A stretch of DNA of 64,000 bases from contig OZ024743.1 in NCBI GenBank assembly GCA_964016885.1, positions 108,004,001 through 108,068,000 on the forward strand, written 5' to 3'. Under the pieces are notes generated by a model. That model did no database searches. It was not told the DNA's origin and saw only the letters and a program-made list of their open reading frames with translations. Source of the DNA: Eledone cirrhosa. Taxonomy: Eukaryota. Position 1 is the first letter of the stretch; every line of letters starts with the position of its first letter. Positions 41,260-55,209 of the stretch are shown piece by piece. Made by a program: the position numbers and the translations under genes.

Positions 41260-43046
41260 TACATATATATGTGTGTGTGTGTTCATGTATATATATATAT
41301 ATGTTTATTTATACGTATATGGTTATATATATATATATATATACCCACATTTGTAACCCTTACCATCAGCATCAAGTCTACTTAATTCATTCATTCGTTC
41401 CAAAATAAGCAATGAAAAGTCGCTGGAACCATTCCAGAGCGTCTAAATTTCGATAATGTAGTTCGATGTCAAAGGTTAAGATTATCGATCACAACTAGAA
41501 AATACCGAGCTAGCTGGTCTTTCTTGTTTTTAATTTGCCTGGTATGAAAATAAATCAAACACACTTCATTATAAACAAGAAAGTTACTAACACGGGATGT
41601 AAAGTGAGGATAGTTAAATAAGGTCGATTGCAGAACAACACTGATAAACCTCGACACACTCAGATTTGCATGTTGTTTACAATAGATATCTTTCTTTATT
41701 TGACTCAGGGGCGTTTACAATAGATAGAAATGTGTTTACAATACATAGAAATCTAGACAATTCGCAACTAATTAATATATCAACACATAGACCAATGTTT
41801 CTCAAAGACCCAACGCACATTCACCCCAGCTTCAGTCCAGGTTTCCTTTATCTTTCCATCCATTTTTTTTTTTTTTGCATTGTTCATCCGACAACCATAT
41901 TGACAAGAGAATACTTTTCAAATATCAGCAACTGTGGTTCTCAGAGATTCGTATGTATTCGTATGTTTCCTTAGTTCATCTGCCATTTTGAATATATATA
42001 ATATTTCATCCAAGCACAATTTGAACACGCTTTTCAAACCTCGATAAATTTATAGTCCCATGGTTCTAAGAGACCCAGGCCATACTCCGCCTAGTGCAAA
42101 TCCTGGTTTCTTCAATTTCTCCTCCATTTTGAATTGCCAATCAGTAATGTTTCAACCGCTTAACAAGAACAAGCTTTTGAAACCTTCGATACATTATTTC
42201 GATTTAAAGAAATAATGTATCTAGAGCAATGTTTCCTAAACTTCTTCTTAAGGAACCTCGTTGTTCCATGAAACAATAATGGGTTTCTGAAAGTTGACGT
42301 GTATAAAATCTAACAATATAAAATCTAACAACCCAACAACAACAACACAGTCAACAAAAATATTAATGTACCAGACAAATGTACCAGACTACTTGAATCG
42401 CATTTGTTCCGATTCTATGAATAGCTTTCTAGGATGGTAGACGTGATCCGGTTTAATGCCACCATCATGTGGTTAGACAAATTTAACGTAATGCACGCTA
42501 TGGCAAGTATGCAAATGAAGTCCTGCAGTTTGGAGATACCTTTCCTCTTCCCTTCCTCTCATATTAGAGGTCAGGAAAAGGGTCATGGGCAGACAAGGTA
42601 CCTTCCTCATCCTCCACTAGTATCGGATTTACTGAAATGTCTCAAGGAAAGCCGAGGATAACTTAATCTATCCCACTACTGCAGGAGACCCTGAAAAATG
42701 TCAAGAGCAGTGTTCTTCACTATCTGTCTACATGATGAAATAAAATGAAATCTTATGTAATTCAATAATTTGCAATGAAATCATATACGCCTATCCCATG
42801 CACTAAGAGTACAAAGAAATAGAAATATAATTACAAAGTTTAGGTTTGGTTGTGATTCATCTATCATCATCATCATCTCCATTATTATTATTGTTATTAT
42901 TATTATTATTCTCGTCCTATTAGATATGTTGAAAATATTTACATAATTTCATCAAAAGAAAAACATTGCAAATGAAATGGATTTCACAGTTCAACTTTGT
43001 TTCTCATGAATATCATATTCTACTCAACATCTCTCTCTCTAACTTT

Positions 43047-43137
<91 letters not shown>

Positions 43138-44454
43138 TTTGCAGTAGCTTCTAACTCTTTATTCTTTCATTTTTTTCTTTCCTCTTTCTACATAGTTCTG
43201 TTGTATAGAATATTTGTTGTGTGAATCGTGTTATTTTTATTGGCTAGTGATTGTATTTCATATTTGGTATGTGAGATGTTTTATAGCATTCAGGTGGTGA
43301 TTGTATAGGACGTTGTTGTTTAGGCACCGACTAATCCTGATCGAGCAGTGTTATTACCAAATGCATTCCAGCACTGAAACTCTCGTTTACTTTTTTTTTT
43401 TTTTTTTTTTCATAACCATTTTATATCATCCAGTATATCTTTTCTTTTTCATTTTTATGATTTTATGGTGTGGTGTGAGGATGATGGGGCTGCTATTTTA
43501 GTACATTTAGTGAATACCTAGAAGATTGGGGCAGATGTTACAATATTGGGTGGATATTCTCTAAATTATATGGTGTGTGGGCTGTATCTGGAGACGATTG
43601 AAGTGGTTATGTTTCGTGAGAGTTCGAGATGAGGTATGCTACAGCATGAATCATTCTTATGGTATTGCATATCTCTTCTCTGGGGGTTTGATTTGGTAGA
43701 ATCGTTAGAGCTTTGGATATTAGTTCCTAGGCGCTGCATTCTGAGACCACATCCTCCCTAGGTCCATTTTGCCTTTCTTCATTTCTGATTCGATAAAGTA
43801 CCAACTTAGTGCAAGTCTACTTATTTCATTCTTTCCTGTTACATCCAAGATGTTCTCCTGAATCAAGGGACGAGAGAGTGTGCAGTGTCTACAATAATAC
43901 AAGCTAAGAAATCACACTCGATTACGAGTAACGGCTTTTCTTTTATCTATAAAATATTCTGTGTATTGTACATAATAAGTCTAATTACTTTATTCAAGCA
44001 CATATTGATACTTTGAGTTCTACTTTATGGAGAAGATAACTTTGTCTTACCTCATTCTCTAGTCGGTAGACTAAAATATCAGTAAAAATACTAGGGTCTT
44101 TTCTCGCCGAGTACCTAAAATATATTGCCATCAATATTTTATAGAGATTTTTAATTCGATCGACAGAGATTTAAGCTGTTGTGCTTGTTGTTTCGCCCCT
44201 GGTCAGTTCTGATCGAGAAAGCATATGATAAAAGACGTTCAAGCCATCGCCATTTTCATTTTTTACAACTACAACTAATAACCATGAACCATAATAATGA
44301 TTTTTTATTAGCCATACAGGGTTCATATTACGATAGCAATAAGGACAGCACAGGCCGGTACAGTTTGGATTTTTCTGTATAAAATAAATTTCATAACAAA
44401 ATAAGAAAATAAGCATTAAAAAAATGAAATAGAACAAATACCCAAGAGTGGTGA

Positions 44455-44862
44455 TGTGGTAGGGAGGGGATGTTTTCGTTCCAAGAATTCCACTTATCCC
44501 AAATGCTGTCCCATTTCAATTCAAATGACTTCAATTTCCAGTGAGTCTTAGTTTTGCTTTGATGATCAACAAATCACAAGGACAAACATTTTCGGTTGCC
44601 GGTTTACTCCTTGAAGAGCTCTGCTGCACCCATGGTCAGCTTTGTGTTGGATGTTCAAGATTAGGAATTCAGAAAAATCTTGACATCTATGCACCAGGTG
44701 GAAAAACAACAAACATTATAGATTGCCCAATTAAGAGAGAAACCCTTCCGCATCAAGGAGATTATCCTTCAGAGGAGACATGGTCTGATATGGAATAAAT
44801 AAGAATTGAAATAAAGGCACACTATTGTGATTATTGCCCTACAATCACAGGCTACTCAGCTA

Positions 44863-44863
<1 letters not shown>
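44455..44863 (+). mobile_element. Helitron 3' end with PIF1-type helicase C-terminal fossil
   Basis: DVFVPRIPLIP..PFQFK*LQFPVSLSFALMINKSQGQT..HGQLCVGCSR..GKTTNII. Subterminal hairpin TGTGATT/AATCACA and CTAG|T terminus at 44860-44863. Confidence 0.9.
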
Positions 44864-44918
<55 letters not shown>

Positions 44919-46099
44919 GCTTCTAATACAAAATCGTGTAATTTTGATTTCAACAACCAAATCATTATTGAGATCGTTCCACAAGAATCTTCTTTGTCTA
45001 CTCCCTTCCTATATTATTTTCGCTTTCTACCCCACTATTTCCCCCAGTCGCTTTCTCAATCATCACCCTCAAACAGTAACCCCAATCTCTCTCCCTTTTC
45101 TCATTTTTATTCCCCACCCCACCCCACCCTCAATATTGAACTGACTATCTGTATTAAAATTGTCATTCTTCTTGTTTAATGGGGAGTGATGCTTCGGTAC
45201 TCTTCCCATCTATCTAAATTTGAAAAAAAAAAAAAACTTTCAGAAAACCGCCCTAAATGCAAACATCATCATTATCTTCATCATGACATCCATCATCATT
45301 ATGATGCCTTTACTTTTCATCATCATCTTCAACTTCATCAAACCTATCAACAATGTGAGGATGACAAACATCATCATGATCATGAAATTCATTACATGTA
45401 TGATACTGGTCGTCTTCGTCGTCACCAGCCCTACCATCATCAACATAAAAAATTATGTGTCAATTAGCAAGGAATCCCCTGCGTTGTTGCTCAACCTATT
45501 AGAAATAATCCAACAATGGCATCTTGCCACAAATAAATGGTCATAATCAACATTTTAAATGACGTTTTGCCAGCGCCTTTTGACAAACACAACAATTGAA
45601 CCTTGCTCAACTGCACAAATAATTATTGCATGGGTATAACTCAGGAGACATAGGAATTTATGCGAGAAAGGAGGAGGTTGAAAATTGCAGGCCTAATGTT
45701 CGAAGTCCAAGTGCAATGATATCTATTCGAATTCGTCGATTGATGTAGAGCAAAGGTTCTCAACCCATTTCGGCCAAACGGCCCCTTTTGCTCCTCGAAA
45801 TCAATATACTACTGATTTTGATATCAGTAGATTACTGGGCCAAATCAAGTTATGTTAGAATCTTTAAACAAATCTTAAAAAAATACTAGTACGAATTAAA
45901 TACAAAAAGGTTTCAGTCCCAAAACAATAGCAAGCTATTTCAAATTATATATATATTTTTTTCTTTTTCGTTTCTTTTATAAATATTAAAAATCTTTACG
46001 CGCACAAAACCCACACCGTACCGTCATGTACCGTCATGTACCGTCCTGTGCCGTCTGTAATGTTTTTCTTGATCTCAGCCCTTGTGGCCAATAAATAAA

Positions 46100-46134
<35 letters not shown>

Positions 46135-46135
46135 A

Positions 46136-46415
46136 AGCGCAGTGGATTGGCAGTATCGGTAGAGGGTCTGACGCCATGCTTTGACACATAGAGTTACGGC
46201 CCTTGCCATTCTGAGTTCAAATCCTGCCGAGGTAAACTTTGCTTTTCATCCTTACGGGGGTCGATAAAATAAAGTACTAGTACTGCAATGGGTAATTGCT
46301 GACCTTGTGGCAAATGTAGAAACAATTTTACGGGGTCGATAAAATAAAGTACCAGTAATACACTAGTTAATTGCTGGCCTTGTGCCTAACGTAGAAATAA
46401 TAATAATTATTATTA
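46136..46415 (+). mobile_element. SINE S1 with duplicated 3' half, inserted in the (ATT)n tail of another SINE-like 3' end (about 46010-46133)
   Basis: Full copy to about 46327, then a repeat of TTACGGGGTCGATAAAATAAAGTACC..GTAGAAA. Confidence 0.88.
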
Positions 46416-46732
46416 ATACGTTACTGTGTAGTCTAAATAGTCGTCTTGTTACACACAACAAACACAATATAATTTTAGATGGCGTAGAAAATAATCGCTT
46501 AATAATTGACGTAACCGTATCGAGTGTCGTGAGAAATCATGCTGATTTAGCAACTGAAATGAAAGCACTGACATATAAGGAAATGCTTTTATCATTCCCT
46601 TTGTAATTCGTACGCTGTGAATGTTACAAAATACATTCGTGCGATGTACCATCACATTTGCTTATTGTGTGTGTCTATATGTATGTATGTATGCATCAGT
46701 GTGTGCATGCATATATACGATACAACTACATG

Positions 46733-46783
<51 letters not shown>

Positions 46784-46872
46784 ACTGTCAAATCTTATTT
46801 CTCAGATAAACTGTTGTTTCTTTTGTTCATATACATATTTCTTCAATAGCTTCATTATCCAATCACCTGTGT

Positions 46873-46933
<61 letters not shown>

Positions 46934-47384
46934 TGCGTGTGTGTGTGTGGCACTTCGGGGGGTATTTTTCAATTTATTCTAAAGTTGGTTCACATGATGT
47001 ATAACATTTAAATAGTCATGTCCACGTGATCAATATAGTACATTGCTCTATGGCTTATATGTCATATTTGAATATACGCACTCACACACAAACACACATG
47101 CAAACACGCAGACAAACACACACACGTCTGTTATAGGTAACACCATAGCGGGCCTACCTGTCCTCCTACGAGATTCCTGCCATTTGTCGGTGTTTTAATG
47201 ATAGTAACCAATCCCTAATATAATTACACATACCTATTTTCATGATACAGGTCACACCTTTGTAGGTTTATGTGGCCTCTTACGAGTCCAACAAGCAAAA
47301 AATCAGCAAAAGCAAAAACGAAGGGCGCAAGATGAAAAGTGAATAAGGTTACTGCTTGTGTGAAAGAAAAAAAAAACGTTTTGT

Positions 47385-47420
47385 CTCTAACGTTTCGGAT
47401 GTTAGACATTCATCGGGAAA
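47385..47420 (-). ncRNA. Degenerate minimal hammerhead motif
   Basis: CCGATGAATGTCTAACATCCGAAACGTTAG, related to the motif at 62063-62098. Confidence 0.4.
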
Positions 47421-47947
47421 GATCAAGTAGTGGTATGGTAGATGAGTTAAGACATGAGAAAGAGAGAGGAGAGAGTGAGAGACAGTGAGAGAGTGTGAGA
47501 GAGAGAGAGAGAGAGGGTGGTGGTGAGTGAGTGTGTGTGAATTTAATGCATGCGAGTACATAATACTGATTAGGGTATGATCAGATGTTGATTGCAATAT
47601 TTCCATTCAGATCTGCAAATAGGCAAGTATTTGTTTATATTCTACTACTAACTTCTTATAGATACTGTAATGTGCATACATCTCCCCGAAGCCACTATGT
47701 ATATATATATATATATATATATATAACTATATATGTGTATGTGTGTGTGTGTGTATACATTACATACTTACACATACATATATATATATATACACACACA
47801 TGAATATATATATATTCACCAGACAACCCACATGTTTAAACTCTACTTCACTCCTAGGATATGTTTGTATATACAAACTATACATCTATACCCATCATTT
47901 CACCCCCCCCCCCCCATATTCACACACACACAGACACACACACACAC

Positions 47948-47982
<35 letters not shown>

Positions 47983-48527
47983 CATATATATAACATATAT
48001 ATATATATATATATATATGAGTGTGTGTGTGTGTGCGTGTCTATATACACTAACACGCACCCACACATAGAGGAAAAGTTACACGCAGATTCGCCGCTTG
48101 ATTGCACAAATTATTCACGTTATTCACACTGTCCGACATATCTCCCTTGTTTCCATCACCATAACATCACGACGACCACGGTCCAGTGAGTCGCACCACC
48201 TTAATGTTACATGCTATATCTACCGCTTTCCGCTTCACTGCACAAATAAACTGGGAGCTCACACCTTCGTCTCCATTTATGCGTTCAGTTTTCAGTCCCT
48301 CCCAATCTACTATCGATCAAAAAGAAGAAATAAAATAAACGAGAAAAAAATTTAAAATAAAAACCTTTTTTGATTCATATATCCATTGTTTTTTTGTTTC
48401 TTTTCTATAGGCTTCCAGTCTTTTCTTATATTTTGTAAGGTGTTTTTTGTTACATACATCAATACACGCACACACATAAAACACATATACACATACACAC
48501 ACACACGCACACACATGAACACACCTA

Positions 48528-48563
<36 letters not shown>

Positions 48564-48659
48564 GGGAGAGAGAGAGAGAGAGAGAGACGCACATATACCT
48601 AAGTATATACTCCTGAATATAATCATCCTTATATACCCACAATCAACATGTGTGTCTGA

Positions 48660-48697
<38 letters not shown>

Positions 48698-48986
48698 GTG
48701 TTCAGAGTATATGTCAAAGATATATAAATATATTTTTACGTGGTTGTGTGCGCACACGTTTCTTAATACAATATTACATTGTTTTCAGTATAAAATAGAT
48801 CACATATTAGCAACGAACGTATTGTTTAAAAATCTATTACGATGGATCACAGTGACACACATACACACACATACATACACACACACATATATATATAGTT
48901 GACAACGCGCATATATACATGCACACGCACATTCATACGCAAATGCATACATACACATACATCCATATAGACATACATATATATAT

Positions 48987-49402
48987 ATGGTGGCTGCCAA
49001 CTCGTTTTCGAGTACGGCCACTACTTTATACCCATGTAGGAGAACCCTTACCGATGCGCTGAACGAGTGTGACTTTTTAGTCCAGCCAGCGACTTGAAAA
49101 CTCTGGAACAAACACTACACTTGTGACAATTATTGACACATAGTGCTGGGCCCATGGTACCATGTGACGACAAGTGCAGAGAGATCTCCAGATATAAAGC
49201 AATGCCTGTGCCATGAAGCTTTTATAGTGAGCAAAGGCACTGCACAAAGCCAGTCCCACTCTCTTAACCAAGATGATATTTACCAAAAAGAAGAACAATT
49301 CAACATCATTGGATTCCATCAGGGTTGCAGGTGTTATATCAGAGTTTTCTTTTTCTAGAATTCTGCCTTGACAAAGCCTAAGGGGTCATCTCTCCCGGAC
49401 AT
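48987..49402 (-). mobile_element. RTE-derived bipartite element retaining C-terminal C2H2 finger
   Basis: 49134-49048 reads NNCHKCSVCSRVFKSLAGLKSHTRSAHR*. Both ends are homologous to 26114-26465. Confidence 0.7.
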
Positions 49403-50029
49403 ATATATATATACAGACGTAAATACATACTGAAGTACATAATTACATATATACATCCAAACATACATAGTGTATTTGCTTGAGTGGCTGCATATATGTG
49501 GAATACCATGAAGCAACAGCGATATATGCTTATGTTTTAAGGGAAGGGGAAACTTGTAGAAAAACAAATACAAACATAAAGTAAAGCATGATGGCGGCGA
49601 AGATGGTCGGGGGAGAGTTAAAATGAAATAAGACACAAAAAAACAATGAATAGATATATGGGATAAAGTTATGTATAGGATGGCGGTGTAAAGAATGGCT
49701 TTGTGGTAATCGATGGCAATAACTTAATGGTTGAATGAGCCAGCGATTGCTTGTATGTATAGGTAGAAGTGTTTATATATGTTTGTACGTATGGTGGTGA
49801 CCGTCTATGGATTTTTGTTTAATATACACATTTGTATATGTGCGATCTTGTCAGCGCAAGTGTTTACGCCAACGTGTTGATGATGACGACCGAGAATAAA
49901 TAATGAACGAAAGTTCCGAAATAAAAAATAAAAATAACAGACTGTCGCCATATCTCAATGACGCACATACATACACAAAAACACACACTCACATATATAT
50001 ATACACACACACGCACACACAAACACACA

Positions 50030-50157
<128 letters not shown>

Positions 50158-51129
50158 TATAAACTCACACACAAACTCACACACAGACTGACACAGACAC
50201 AGACACATACGTTAAGGTGGTGAATAGGCAGTTGAAATCCTGCCACGCTGAATATTGTCCTTCGATATCGATAAAATATCAATCCACCGAGCCTCTCTCT
50301 CTCTTCGTCTTTCTCCCTCTCTCTCCCCCTCTCTCTCTTTCTCTTTCTGTCACCCTCTCCCTGTCTCTCTCTTTGAAATCACCGGTGTTCAGACATGCAG
50401 TTTGATAGGATCCGCCATTTTTAAGGGACTAAGTGCACCACACATACCGTGCAATGTCGGCGCCTCTTAAGGAGAGTAACGTTGACTCAAAATGTGATGT
50501 GTCTGGCGCTTTGAATTAAAGTTCAATTCACCCACTGTTCTTCCAGTTTCTACCAAATCAATTTGACTTAGTATTTAGTTCAATCCCACAGACGCCAGGC
50601 GTACTTCTCAATTATTTGACCATCTTGCGTTCACACGTACAGAATATATGTTTAAAAACAACTTAGTAAATATACTCTTTCTTGTTGATTTTTTAAAAAA
50701 ACTTTGCTTATTCATGGGCAGCTCAGCCCTATGTTTGTACATATATATATATATTCTTTTCTATCACCCCAAATTATACCAGGTCTCTTTTGGTTGAATG
50801 GCGCCGAAGTTTTGATGGAAATGTTGCAACAATATTCCTTGGGATAGTGGGCAATTCTACATACAATAACTATTCATTATATTAGGTATTCGCAAATGTT
50901 ATTTTTATCACGAAATCATCCCCTTACCTCTCCATATTTGGTAAAATAAATTTGTTGTGTTGGGGATCAAACCGAATAAATTGGAGACAATTGCTTCTGA
51001 CAGGACATGAGCTATCGATTCCAGAGTTAGGCCCAATTGTGACTAATCGAAATTTGAGCTGATATATAGTGAAAAGTCCGTCACATGTGAGTAAAATATT
51101 TACAAGATGCTAAATTGATAGATCGTTCC

Positions 51130-51249
51130 CATTCTGAGTTCAAATCCCGCCGAGGTCAACTTTGCCTTTCATCCTTACGGGGTCGATAAAATAAAGTACC
51201 AGTAATGTACTGGGTATTTGCTGGCCTTGTGCCAAAAGTAGAAGCAATT
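51130..51249 (+). mobile_element. 5'-truncated SINE S1
   Basis: Runs from TTCTGAGTTCAAATCCCGCCGAGG to GTAGAAGCAATT. Confidence 0.92.
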
Positions 51250-51267
51250 ATATATATATATATATAT

Positions 51268-51498
51268 TTAAAAAAATAGAGGTGTGACACACGAGTTGTG
51301 ATATATTAGTAAAAAGGAAAAGAAAATGCTGACAATTTTTTCCCAGTGAAAAATAGTTTAATTAGGAATAAGTATAAATTAGTAATAAGTATTAGTTAGT
51401 ATTCAGTTTTAACTGAATACTATCTAATACTTATTCCTAATTAAACTACTTTTCACTGGGAAGAATTTGTCAGCATTTTCTTTTCCTTTTTACTAATA

Positions 51499-51500
<2 letters not shown>
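51268..51500 (-). mobile_element. Asymmetric fold-back insert in (TA)n (family P3)
   Basis: Palindrome 51301-51500 with apex at 51409-51410 and a short duplication in the left arm. Tail 51268-51300. Confidence 0.7.
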
Positions 51501-51529
<29 letters not shown>

Positions 51530-51988
51530 GTAAAGTTCTATTTAAAATGTTGGGATACAACAAGCAAATATTTTTATAACTGATATAAAGCACTCAACCA
51601 ATATTTGGAGTAAAATTACGATATTGATAAATGGAAACTATATTTATAAAACCATATTTATTTCATTATACATATTTCAAGGACACCAAGTTAAATTATG
51701 GTGTGCCTTCATCAGATAAAATATAATATAGAACAGTTTTATAAGTAAATATTGACATACCCATAAAGAATGCAACCATTACTGTTGGAAGCTCCCAGAT
51801 GACTATCCGGAAGCTTCCAACAGTAATGGTTGCATTCTTTAAGGGTATGCCAATATTTATTTATAAAACTGTTCTATATTATATTTTATCTGATGAAAGC
51901 ACACCATAATTTAACTTGGTGTCCTTGAAATATGTATAATGAAATAAATATGGTTTTATAAATATAGTTTCCATTTATTAATATCGTA
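51530..51988 (-). mobile_element. Asymmetric fold-back insert with HHR (family P4)
   Basis: Palindrome 51617-51988 with loop 51801-51804. Tail 51530-51616. Confidence 0.8.
51883..51945 (+). ncRNA. Type I hammerhead motif (mirror copy at about 51660-51722, minus strand)
   Basis: ATTTTAT-CTGATGA-A(A/G)GCACACCA..TGGTGTCCTT-GAAA-TA-TG-T-ATA-ATGAAAT. 7-bp helix I, AUA triplet, AATAAA immediately after. Confidence 0.65.
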
Positions 51989-51994
51989 TTATAT

Positions 51995-52133
<139 letters not shown>

Positions 52134-52152
52134 CTCTTGAACTATATATATA

Positions 52153-52744
52153 CATTTCGTTTCTGAATTTGTTTAGCAAGATTCTTTATCTGAAATCGTG
52201 TGTTGAAACCGATATTGTTATACTTTGGGAGGGTCATGTTGCCAATAAGAAACACACGCACCAGCTGCTTTCACTTCAATTTATTATATATTTATAAATT
52301 TATAAATTTACAAATCTACAAACTTATAAATTTCTGGTTGGTTGGTTGGTTCCACAACCAGATAGTTGTTTATATATAGTCATAGTCCTTTCGTCACACA
52401 CTCTGTGACCTCTTCAGTGACTGGGGATTCCTTTCTTTGTTTCTGTGCCTTTCCTTTCTTCTGTCCTACGCCATTTTGTTTCTGGCGTAGGACAGAAGAA
52501 AGGAAAGGCACAGAAACAAAGAAAGGAATCCCCAGTCACTGAAGAGGTCACAGAGTGTGTGACGAAAGGACTATGACTATATATAAACAACTATCTGGTT
52601 GTGGAACCAACCAACCAACCAGAAATTTATAAGTTTGTAGATTTGTAAATTTATAAATTTATAAATATATAATAAATTGAAGTGAAAGCAACTGGTGCGT
52701 GTGTTTCTTATTGGCAACATGTCCCTCCCAAAGTATAACAATAT
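52153..52744 (-). mobile_element. Asymmetric fold-back insert with HHR (family P5)
   Basis: Palindrome 52212-52744 with 262-nt arms, about 2 mismatches and loop 52474-52482. Tail 52153-52211. Confidence 0.85.
52534..52578 (+). ncRNA. Minimal type I hammerhead (mirror copy 52378-52422, minus strand)
   Basis: AGTCA-CTGAAGA-G-GTCAC-agagtgt-GTGAC-GAAA-G-GA-CTA-TGACT. Helices I and II pair perfectly, CUA triplet. Confidence 0.8.
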
Positions 52745-52891
52745 ATATATATATATATACATGTGTGCGCGTTTTTTTTGGGGGGGTGCTGGGGGTTATT
52801 TTATTCCATTTAGAAGCTATTTCAGGGTGAATTCAAATGAAAGATACAGTTCTTGTCCTGTTGAAGTTATATATTGAGTGAAGTTATTATT

Positions 52892-53020
52892 GAGTGGCTA
52901 AGTGGGTAAAGAATTGGATTCGCAATCGTGAAGTTGTGACTTTCATTTCCGGACCGGGCAATGCGTTATGTCCTTCAGCAAGACACTTTTATTTGAAGTT
53001 GGTCCTTCTACCTGGAGTTG
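52892..53020 (+). mobile_element. CORE-type SINE fragment
   Basis: GTGGCTAAGTGG..TGTCCTTCAGCAAGACACTTT, same family as 38010-38126. Confidence 0.65.
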
Positions 53021-53829
53021 TGACCAACAGATATTATTAGCAATTGGAGAGACAAATGGAAACATTGTACATATATATATATGTATGTATGTGTGTGTGT
53101 GTACATATATGTGTATATATATATGTATATATATATATCTGTGTGTGTTTGTCCGTTTCTGAATGTATGTGTGTTTGTATGCATGTGTGTCTGTTTACCT
53201 GCCTGTATGTTAAATAAGTCGCCGTGAGGTGGATAGACATTTATGTAAGACAGTAGACAGATAGTCATTGGGGCATGTGTGTGTAGTTTTGTGATATATT
53301 GCTGTGTGCTTGTGTGGTGAAATATTGCAAAGGAAAGGATGTTAAGGTGGTAAATGCTATGAAACGTAACTGGATATTCAACAAAAGTCAGAGAAAGAGA
53401 GATGAGAAGTGACAGAATAAGAGAGAGAGAGTAGGAGAGTTTGAAAAATAGAAAGTGTATATGAAAGAGGGTGGAAAGCGAGAGGGAGAAGGAGTGTCAG
53501 AGTAGAAAATGGTAAAATAAACAGAAAAGCGAGAGAGAGGGGGAGAAGAGAATGGATGAGAGTTGAGTATGAGGGAAAGGTTGGAAGAGTGTGAGAAAGA
53601 GGTGGTTAGGTAGTATATTCTTCACCAAGAGTTACTGATCCGTAAAAACTTCATGGTTCAGTGGTTGACTCATGCTCAATAGATAATCCGATAGGTGGTG
53701 AGCGCTGTATGTTGAGGGTGACAGGTGGATAGGTGAGTGGTGTGTAAGACAGAGAGAGAGGGGGAGATATGGGAGCTGAGGGGTGGATGGGGATATCGAT
53801 TGGCTATGCATAGATCCGTATTGATCACT

Positions 53830-54210
53830 TGATCGATGGTTGGTGATGATTACTGTAACCATGACAATGATGATGGTCATAATGATGATGACGGCGTCCT
53901 GGATTCTGTTACTGATGATGAAAACGGAGTTACGCATGGTAATGTTGTTGGTGATGGTAATCATGCTATTATTGGTGACGATGATGATGATACCATCAAC
54001 AACGTTGATGTTGGTATTGTTGATGGTTTCATTGATGATGATAATGACAATGATTACGGTATTGCTGTTGATGAAGGTATTAGTGATGGTGATGATGATG
54101 CTGATGATGGTGATGCTGAAGGTGAGGGCTTTGATAAGGTTAAGGATGATGACGATGACGATAAAGGGATTGATGATGATGATGTTGAAAGAGTTATGAT
54201 TATGATGATA
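53830..54210. repeat. Degenerate (GAT/GGT)n low-complexity tract
   Basis: Decayed trinucleotide repeat that is open in several frames. Confidence 0.85.
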
Positions 54211-55146
54211 AGGACACATTGAGAGAAAACGTTGAAAACAATGATTGTGATGATAGTGAGGAGGTCGATGATAAATGCAGATAATGATTGTATGTGTGTG
54301 TGCGTGCGAGCTCTATTTGTGGAAATTCAATAGTAATATCAATATAAACAAACCCATTCACATTCAGGAGAACAATACTAGTAAATACAGCCTTCATTCG
54401 AAATCGAGTATGATGTGGTAGCATGTAACATAAATTTGCTAAAGATTTAGGCGTCCATGCAGTTCTGAGCAGACAAGGTTATGGTTCCGAAACTCCCTCA
54501 TTTGAACCAGCGGTACATCAAATATGTGACGTTTGAATGAAAAGAGAGCTGCCAACACTGATTGGACACAATCTTTATCTAACCACGAAAGGAGGGAAAG
54601 CAAAGAGAGCCGAGTTGAGATCTGAATAATAGTAATGTCTTTCGATGATGAGGACAGGGCCAACAATTTCGGGGAATAGGATTATCAATTATATCGACAC
54701 CAGTTCATAACAGGTATTTTATTTTATCGACCGCGGTGAGGGGGAAGGACAAGTTGACGTTGGGATTTGAACTCGAAACATATGGAAAAGTGTTATTAAG
54801 CATCGAAAGGTGTCTTGTACATCACTTGAGTAGAATGAGGAGAGGGGTAAAATTCCTTGTAATATTTGCAAAAACAAAAATCATTCTGAAGGGATTTTAA
54901 TGGATCTATTATAGACACTTGAACAAAATGCACAACGAAGGGCTTAAACCTGGAACCAGATAATTGTAAGCAAAATGAACTTCCCAAACATACGACCTGC
55001 CATATCTTGCGGTTTGGATGGAGAAAAATGGCATGGAATGTCTGTGCCTTGGGGCATGAAGTAGCAAAATTATTTGAACCGTGAAAAAATATATTGGAAT
55101 TACTCCAAGCACAACACAGACATACTCTTCACTATATGAAGTCTCG

Positions 55147-55209
<63 letters not shown>

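Noticed and set aside
47611-47628. 12-nt micro-exon with GC donor (CAG|ATCTGCAAATAG|GCAAGT)
   Set aside because: Too short and non-canonical to distinguish from chance.
52212-52744. Interpretation as MITEs or miRNA precursors
   Set aside because: One-sided tails, variable apex and embedded HHR motifs fit PLE pseudo-LTRs better than symmetric TIR elements. The stems are too long and perfect for typical pre-miRNA.
53836-54222. 128-aa Asp/Gly-rich ORF resembling an acidic biomineralisation protein
   Set aside because: It is a decayed (GAT)n tract open in multiple frames and strands, with no signal peptide or splice support.
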